The notes under the pieces are model-generated. The model was not told the origin of the DNA and made no database searches. It saw nothing but the letters and a program-made list of their open reading frames with translations. Shown piece after piece: positions 54,815 to 64,000 of a stretch of DNA of 64,000 bases (positions within the stretch are counted from its first letter, which is position 1; the number at the start of each line of letters is the position of its first letter). This DNA comes from Nageia nagi (Eukaryota; Plantae; Pinophyta): the NCBI GenBank assembly GCA_050084985.1, contig JBITNC010000001.1, positions 158,844,001-158,908,000 on the forward strand, in the 5' to 3' direction. Position numbers and translations under genes: made by a program.

Positions 54815-56800
54815 AAATTAAAGTTATTTATTTCTAAAAATTAAATTTGAAAAACCCTATGATCATATAGAATGGCATTTAATAGATTCAATGTTGCAAT
54901 ATTTGGGTTTTGGTTCGAATTTCATTAAAACTCTCAATATATTATTTAATAATGCCTTAATGGTATTATCAATCAATAATTCATATTTTGATTAGATTGG
55001 TCTTTTCCATTAGATTTGTTAGGTTTTCCCACTCACCTTATCACTTTATGTTCTATAAGCTAAGACTTTTGGTTAGCTCCTTACTCTTCAAGTTTCTATT
55101 GGCATGGTTAAGGGAATTGTTCTCCTTAATAATCAAGGGGAACTTGGCAATGGTCACTTTCAATATGACTCTTTCCTAAACTTGTAGGAAGAAGAACAAT
55201 TTATCACATAAGTTCTTAAATTCTTGGATAGCTTCTACAAATCTTCTATGACTAATACACAATGGAGTAATACTTCATGTTATAGATAATGACCAATCCC
55301 CATACCCAATTGGCTTAACCCAAGCTTAACCAATACAAGTGGTACTAGCTACAACCTAGAGAAGCTTATATATTTATAAGCATTCCTTTGCTCTACAACC
55401 TATCATCATCTCCACTTTAGTGATTTTTAGTGCTAAAAGTAGAAAAAGTTAACCATTAGCTTACCAAAAAGCTCTACCTAGCTAGCAAATTTCAATTATG
55501 CTCCAAGGTTTTAGCTACTACTCATGTGCATGATTACTCCTATTGGGTACAATCGTAGGTTTTTATCACATATTATATAAGCTTCTTCATGACTTCATTT
55601 AGTCCAATTCTTATTTGAATAAAGGATTTCATCTTGTAGCGTGTGATGTGTCCTACCTCTCTAAAAGCTCTAGATCGATGGGACTTCTAGATTATTATTA
55701 CTAGGGTATTGTATTGCATGCAAAATGGATATTGTAGGCTATAAAAGGTAATGAAGCTTATAAATTGCTTCTTCACTATTTTATATCTTGTAGTAGCATG
55801 CTAAACTATCAAGCATAGAAAGGTATGTTCTTTGAGTCCCTCCTTGTTACCTTAGTAACTATTAAGATACTTGGATCTTTTATTTTCCATGGTATCTAGT
55901 GAGCTTGGAAATAACTTAAACCCTAGCTTCATTGAAAATATGAATGGTTTAGAAAGTTATTCTTTGTCAACACTTAGAATATTTGAAGATCCATTATTTT
56001 ATAATACCATGGTAATCCTCTTACCTATGTGTAATGGATTCATACCCAATATTATTTTAGAAAATGTATTAGCATAGTGGAAATTTTTTTCATGTTACAC
56101 TATGGAATGGATACCTTGGGAAGAGTTTCATCATACCTTTCATTTATTTGGTACAAACAAGTATATATATGATGCAATCATAACATGCACCCCTCATTCA
56201 ATTTTATATAAAAGTGGTGTTAGATCTTAACATCCTTGGTGGATTGGCTAGGAATGGTATATTAACAATCCATTTGTCAATTACAATGCCAAGTGTGGGT
56301 ATACTTGGCTTTTACCATATTTTCCTATGATTCCTCAATTTGATGAGAAATGAAATTTTATTTTCACTAGAACTAGATAACAAGCTAGGTCTTAGATAGT
56401 TTAGGCTTATTACATTGAGACCAAGAAATGCTCTTTCTACATGGAGCCTATTGTATCAAGGCCTTACTTAAGTGATCAATTGAAGCATCTAGGTTTCATT
56501 AACCTACTATGCCCATTCTACAATATATCTAAGTTTTATTTCCACTTATTTTGGGCCCATGAGAATGCCAAAAGTGCATGGAGGTGAATTTGTATTATCT
56601 TTATATTATTTATACTAGTCACCTCTTAGAAATAGGCATTATTGGGTGATGTTTTTACCTTCACTCTCCCATTGCATGAAGTGTGGAATATTATTTTAGT
56701 TAGCATTTTCTATTATTTATGGAAATCTCTTAATAGTATCATTTTTTCTTAACAATTTATATTATTTCTTTTTTCTTTCTAACAAGATGCCAATGTTTCA
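54815..56800 (+). mobile_element. Degenerate LINE (L1-like) ORF2 fragment: RT remnant plus zf-RVT remnant
   Basis: FLKIKFEKPYDHIEWHLIDSMLQYLGFGSNFIK resembles LINE RT KLDFEKAYDRVEW.F...ML..LGF; zf-RVT-like motif at ~56470-56580. Confidence 0.7.
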
Positions 56801-57855
56801 TAAGTTATAGCTATAAATTTGTATTTGGATAAAAAAGTGGTGTTGGAGTTGGAGCACCTTCACACTCTTTTAGATTATTAGGAAAATGTCTCATGTATTG
56901 TGAGTTGAATCCCTTGACATTATTCATCCTAGGATAATTTTAGGTCTCATTCATGCCACAACCATCGTCATGTGTGAGCTCAATCCTTTGAGCACCATAA
57001 ATTGCAATTGCTACTAATTGGAAATTCTTGGCATACTGCAAGAAACAACTCCTTCCATGTAGAAGGTTTGGATGTGCAACCAAAGTCTTTTGAACCCATG
57101 GTAGGTTGGAGTGATAATGATTTCTAGGAGACAATATGGTCATCGCGATATTGCCAAATACATACCAAAATATCATGGATGATGAGGACCTCCCTCTTGC
57201 TTGCACATCTCTTAATTTGATCTAAGTTTTACTTAGTTGGATTTTAATGTCTTATTTTAGTGGCCAAGGGTCATAATGGAGACTTAATTTTTTTTTTCCT
57301 CCTAACCTTTGTTGCCTCCTAACCCACGAGGTTAGTATGAGTCCATATTAAGATGTGATTAAGCCACCCACACCTTTTCTTTATTATAAAATGTTTATAT
57401 TTTATTAATCTAACATCTTTTTATAAAAGAGAATATAAAAGAGAGATGAAAGTTATAAAAGATTTATATTTTATTTTAATTAAATAAAAGACTTATAAAT
57501 TATCAATATTATGGAAATTAATTTTTCAATTCATATGTAGAAAGGTAAAAATTTCATGATACAAGAAAATAACTAAAAAAATAACTTTTAAATTTTTATA
57601 TAAAAATTATAAATACATACAAAAACAAATTCCAATAACCAAAGAATTATAAGAACATCAACTTTACCAAAATATATTGCAACATTTTTTAATAACCAAA
57701 TAAAATCTAATTAAAATTATTAGTTGTAGATAGAGATAGTCAAAGGATAAAATAATATGATTACAATATTTTTCTATCATCAAAGACGATTAAGCTAAAA
57801 ATCAAGACTAAACTCGGGTTTGATGGCTCTCAGACTCGAATTTATTTTCTCAGGC

Positions 57856-58451
57856 TCAATTATTTTCTAAAGAGAAGACGGGAAATCGAGAGGCTTGTTT
57901 GAGGAGCTTTCGGGATCTGACCCGCTCTTGCAGTCTGATGAGAGTCTCCATGCATTGCAACGCCATCCTCGCCTCCCTCCTCACAACAAACCCGCGGAAC
58001 AATGCCTGCAACCTCACCACCGCCTTCAGAGCACGCAATGCCTTCTTTGCCTGCATCGCAAACACAAAACAAAAATAATATCATTTATTTCTTCATCAAG
58101 ATCAGGCAATCGAATGTACGCTTAGTTTAAAGCCTTTGATCTTACGAGATGGCCTCGGTAGGCTGCTTGGATTCTGATGGCGGCACGCTGCTCTACACGC
58201 CACACTTCATTTTCATAGGAGTGGCGATATGCCATATCAATACTCAGCTGTGTAAGATTCAGAACCACTGCCGCGGCTTGGACGGCTACAGCTGCTGCCT
58301 CTGTTGCTGCGGCTGTTGCATGGGCTATCTCCTTTTGACCATCATTCTTTTCATCCTCTTCGCATATCTGAGGGGAATAATATGACCAAGAATGGGAGGA
58401 TTTCATCATCCTCCTCACATGCTGTTTCAGCCAATTTTCAGTCTTTCCCAT
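57856..58451 (-). CDS. IQD: IQD protein copy D, 2 exons (58146-58451, 57856-58050), 166 aa
   Basis: Intact frame; AAIRIQAAYRGHL|AKKALRALKAVVRLQALFRGFVVRR; 95-bp GTAAGA...GCAG phase-0 intron. An upstream in-frame start at 58466 adds MHCER. Confidence 0.9.
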
Positions 58452-61200
58452 TCTTTCACAATGCAATTAGCATCTCAGAATATCACAACAAGTTTCTTTG
58501 AAATCCAGTCGTTAGCTTTTTGGGTGGAAATAAATCCAAAGAAGAAAAGGGAGAGGTGGAGAGTTAAAGACGTGGAGGGTGCGTGAAAAGCCTGCGAAAG
58601 TGGTGAGGTTTATCTTTAGCTTCAGTGACGCACGACAACTGCACTCTGCAAGTCCAAAGCACAGCAATGTTGTCAGGAAAGACCCCAACATGCTGCGTCC
58701 ACGTCTCCCTCTCCAATTTCTTTAAAGAAGATTTCAATTATTTAATTTGAGGTTTGGTTTTTATAATAGTAATTAAGGATAACTATTATCTATCTACTTT
58801 TTTATTTTCTTCCTCAAAATACCTTGAAACAGGCCCTTAGAAAATATATGGGAAGTTACATAGGCTTGAATGAAATCTATAAGTTCTTCAATAAATAAAA
58901 AATAAAATAATATCCAAAAATACCCAACCTCTCAATGTGAAGGGAGACTTCAGTAATATGTTACCATGTGGAAGTCAACAACTCAAAAGGGAAGCCAAAT
59001 AGGGTGTTGTAAGTGGTCTAAGCTTCCAATAAAGCTGGTAGGCCCCTTCATGACATCACCTTTGTGCATGTTGGAATGAATCCACATGACAAGGTCTTCA
59101 AAACCCTTGCATATAGGTCCCCATGTTGATTTTGTTACACCATCTCCACATGGCATCACTGTAGGTCATGTCTTCTATGTGTGTCATCCACATCATTGTC
59201 CATGGGTATCCTTTGACTCCATGTTTGTTGGTAATTGGTAGAGCTTTTTCTAAATGAGTGCATCCCTCTTAGCTATGTTAATGTGGCTCTTACATTTCTA
59301 CACAATAGTTGGTAATTCCATCTAATCAATACACCTATCCTTCTCCTCCTTTAGTCATCCATGTGGATTTTGGGTCTTATTTTGACATTTTGAATTGCAA
59401 AATCTTTTTTAAAACCTTTTGATTTAAATAAAATTAGTAAAACTTAAAACCTACATAAAAATCACTTCAAACATTAGATTTCGAAACCATCAAAGTTTCC
59501 AAAAATATTGAGGAGAGGTCTTTAATATGAAGATATAAAATCAATTTTTAGTATAATTCCCATTTTGGATCACTTGTCAATTTGTATATGATTTTGGTCC
59601 CAAAAAAGCCTCAAGATTCAAATGATGAGGAAAAATAAATCCCCAAATCAAATCCAAAATTATACCTCTTCTTGAAATCATTCTATCTTTTGCTCATTCT
59701 CTTAACTTATGGCTTTTCACATTATCATTGAGTATGCCTTTTTATTTTATCTTTGGGTCTTCCTCTGGGTCTTATCTTATCCCAATTGGTATTTTTCCTT
59801 TAGAATATTTCTCAATTCTACCTCTAAAAAATTTCATTTTACCACACTCCATGGATGTGATAGTAAAATCTCTAATTCCATATTCTAGTTATAATTTTGA
59901 ATTCCAATTCCCATTTTTTATTATGAAATCAAATGGGCTTTGATATCGATGTGATTCATAAAGTATAGTTTCCTATGGCATTACAAGACTCACCACATAA
60001 GGATTTTGCATACTTGAACCTATGGTACTTGTGGAATATAAATTTTAAAAATTAAGATAAATTGTAAACATCATCACAAAAATTATAAGATAACATTTTA
60101 CCTCAGAGATACCAAATGTGGGAAAAACTCTAGCCAAAAATCTCTACTATATAATGAAGATGTGAGTACAATGGTGGCCTTCCTCCAAAATGCAACTAAT
60201 AGGAACAAACACAAGGCCTCCAACAATCCAATAGACTTACTTTTGATGCTCAATACTCAAGAAACAAGCTCTTAATATATCTTACAATAATTCTGATGTC
60301 ACACTTGCATGGAATCTTATAATTTCTTATGCTCTCATTAATATAGCAAAATTCTCTATTTTCCTTTAAGAAATAGGCTCTCTCAATTCTCCACCAAGAA
60401 TTGGCTATCTTTCTTTCAATAATTCATTCTTCTTCTTGGAATGTGTGTGTCTAATTTACAAATTGGTGGATTCTCTCTACACTCAACTCTTTATGGAGAT
60501 ATCAACACACTATGAAATACTACACAAAGTACCCACTCACAAATTCTCCTTCATGAAGTCTTTACACATGCAAAGTCCTTGATCTCATAGAGGATTCTTA
60601 AAATGTCTCTCATGCACTATGCCATGGCTTGTGTGTATGTCATTTTTCCACTCTCCATAAACTCACTTTTATAATTTTCAAGGGGATTAAAATGGAAAAA
60701 ATGGATACAATAAATATTCCTCTCCTATGAATTGTTTATCTTCATCTCCAACTCGAAAATCTAACTTATATCCCTTTTAGCATTTAGTTTGATCAACATT
60801 TAATTTGAAAAGGTTTGTTTTGTATAGTAGTAATTAAATATTACTATTGTCTATCTATTATTTTATTTTGTTTATCAAAATAACTTAAAATAGTTATCTA
60901 GAAAATGTATGGGAAAATACACAACTTAAATGACATCTACATATTTGACAATAAATAAAAAATAAACTAATACCCAAAAATACACCCAACTTTTCAATAT
61001 AAAGGGTGGACCCAATGGTATGCTACCATGTCGCAGTTAAAAATGTAAAATAAGGAAGTCAAACAAGGTGTTGTAAGTGGTATGTGCTTCCAATTGAGTT
61101 GTTAGACTCCTTCACAAGATCACCTTTGTGTAGGCTACAATGGCACCATGTAAGTAGGGTCTCCAAACTCCTCATGTGCGAGTATATATATATATGTATG

Positions 61201-61238
<38 letters not shown>

Positions 61239-62130
61239 AAAATAAAATATTTTTTAAAACATTTTAATTTAAATAAATCAAATCGAACTTCAAACCTATA
61301 TAGAAATTACTTCAAGCATCAAATTTTGAAACTATCAAGGGTTTCAAGAAGTTGTAAGAGAGCTCTTTAACATGAAGACATAAAATCACATTTTTAGGAA
61401 TTTTCATTTTTTTATCGACTTCCCATTTTACATGACTAACATGATTTGTAAAATCTACTTGCCTATGGCATTGTGAGACTCACCATATACAGATTTCTCA
61501 CACTCAAACTTCAAGTACTTGTGGAATACAAATTCAAATAGCTAAGATAGATAGTAAATAGCATCATGAAAATTATAATTCAAAAATTTACAATGGAGAA
61601 ACCCAATGTGGGAAAAAATTCAAGCCATAAATTTTCATTTTGTGATGAAGAGGTGAGTATAATGGTGTATTTCCTCTAAAAGGATCTTCAAAATGCTATT
61701 GATAGGAATAAACTTAAGGCCTCCAACACTTTAATGGAATTTCGATGATGTTTTCAATATTCAAGCAAGAAGCTCACAATATCTCTTACAATAATTCTCA
61801 TATCACACCTGCGTGGAATTTTATAATTTCTTTTGCTCTCATTAGCATAGCATAATTCTCTACTTCCCTCTAAGAAATAGTCTCTCTGAATTCTTTACTA
61901 AGAATTAGCTATCTTCCTCTTAGGAATGCATTCTTCTTCTTGGAATGTGTGTCTATGTGTCCTCTCTACAAGTTGGTGTATTCTTTTTATACTCAACTCT
62001 CTACGGATATCTCAACATACTATGGATTACTATACAAAATACCCACTCATAAATTCTCCTCCATAGAGTCTTTACAAATATGAAGTCCTCCCTCATAGAG
62101 CCTTCTCAAAATGTCTCCCATGCACTATGG

Positions 62131-63130
62131 AAGGATAGGGTACCTATTTTTTATGGTATTTTTATTTAGGATGACCCTATAATCTATACACATCCTTAAT
62201 GTCCCATCCATCTTTTTCACCAACATAATAGAAGAAGAAAATGGACTAGTACTAGGACAAATATGGCCTATAGCTATGATTTCTTTTATGGTCTTTTCAA
62301 TTTCATCCTTGTATATTTTTGGATATCTATAAGGAGTAATGATCACGGGTTTTGTTCCTAGTTCTAAATCAATCACATGTTGAAATCCCTTATTGAGTGG
62401 TAAACCCTTAGGCATATCTCCAAAACCTCCCCTTTACCTATCCAAAGAAATATGAATGTTTGAATGAAAATAAATATGATCACTAGACAAATGAGGTATA
62501 CCTTTTGACATGATATACTAGCAGCTCAAACTATTTTGTCCTTCTTGAGTATCTAATTAATCCTCTTAATTGATACCTTTTTTATTGTATTATCCTTGAT
62601 CCCATTCAAAACAATCACATGCCCATAAATTCTCAATTTAAATTATAGAATTTTATGAATGGTAGTGTAGATACCCAATAAGTACAACCATTTTACTCCC
62701 AACAGCATCCAAGGCACTCCTCATAATGAATCATCCTCAATTGAGTAATTACCAAAATTTACCTTCATTTTGGTTACAACTTTGTTGCAAGGCACAATAT
62801 TTCTATTTCCTATAGCCACATTAAAAGTAGAAAAATAATAATAATTTTAGCTCCTTCTTTATCTAAAAACTCTCATCTACAAAGTTGTGGCTTGTCTCAC
62901 CATCAATCAACACAACCACCTTCTCTCCTAACACCTCTCCTTGTACCTTAATGGTAAAAAATCTATTTGTACTACTTAATGTAGCCAATATATGTAATGT
63001 TTGGGATAATAAGAGCCTCATTTAATGGTTACTCAAAATCATGCTTCTCATTAGAATCATACTCATTATTTGATGCATCTTTATATGAAATGACCTTAAT
63101 GTAATGAATTTTCCTATTATCAAAACTCTA
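62131..63130 (-). mobile_element. Truncated paralog of the Gypsy pol remnant (protease and RT N-terminus only)
   Basis: ORF 62125-62415 is nearly identical to the first half of 8296-8937 and is cut at the deletion junction. Confidence 0.85.
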
Positions 63131-63879
63131 TCACTTTATAGAATGACTTATTGCATTATTTTAATACTTTAATCAATTTATTTTTATTAGCTGTGAGTTC
63201 TTCATATTCCATTTGAGTCATGTATTTGTCAAGAAATACCTAATTTCAAATACTAATTAATTTTCTCTTAGCTCATAAAGATTGTAAGTGTCCCCCTACT
63301 GATGGGAAATAAATTATTAGATTCTCATCTTATGTAGTCCATGAATTCTAAAGGTTGATACCTTCATAGGAAAATGTTGTCAAAATGTAATGGGTTAGTT
63401 AGTTTTAGAACACTAGACCAAAAATAAGCTTTAGAGTCAGGCAATTTGAGGTGGTTATGAGGTGACATTGCATTTGCGCATTTAGTGGTGCTTTTTATAA
63501 GGCAGTTTTACACCGTTCCCATAAAATTACTAAGAGGTGGTTTTAAATCACCCTCTAAAAAAGACAAAAAACAAATGGAAAGGTGTGGGTGGGAAGAAAA
63601 AAGTGGATTATGCAAGTAGTGTTTAGGGGCTATGGTTTCAACTCACCCCAAAAAAACATAGAGAGGTGGTTTTCAACTACCCTTCCATCTCAACCAATAA
63701 AAAAAAATCATGTACGGAAAGGCAAGCACTTCAATTTTTTTGAGGTTAGCATGGTGAGGGGGTAGAGGAGAGACAAGGTATTTCATTTGATATTTTGAGT
63801 GAGGGGGTAGAGAAGAGGAGAAGATAGGGGACGTGAGCAAAGGTATCATTGCAAGCAAGTATTCTTTCATATTTTTCAT

Positions 63880-64000
63880 TACATGTTATTGCCTTGTATT
63901 CTTCTTCCTTTCACATACATATCTTAGGGTATTTTTTAGAAAATCCATTTTGTGTGTATCTTGCAATCATTATAGACTATGAAACTATATTTGCTTCATG
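63880..64000 (-). pseudogene. Paralog of the PPR repeat remnant, running off the window
   Basis: Matches ~10385-10505. Confidence 0.6.

Overview
AT-rich, repeat-dense plant nuclear DNA, probably gymnosperm/conifer (inferred from composition and repeat types only), with three 100-N scaffold gaps. The host-gene content is a tandem array of four minus-strand IQ67-domain (IQD, calmodulin-binding) genes. All four have the donor of the family's phase-0 intron inside IQ67, and the three fully visible copies end about 20 aa after the domain, with no DUF4005 tail. Two copies look intact (about 165-166 aa) and two carry 1-bp frameshifts. The copies lie in large, mosaic segmental duplications filled with decayed Gypsy, Copia and LINE fragments, a PPR pseudogene and solo LTRs. 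The most striking element is a structurally complete 7.5-kb LTR retrotransposon (45595-53088; CATAC target-site duplication; PBS matching tRNA-Trp). It has gag but no pol. Instead it carries an antisense three-exon Plant Mobile Domain (MAIL1/MAIN-like) gene with its own TATA box, and three stacked tandem-repeat arrays lie upstream of that gene.
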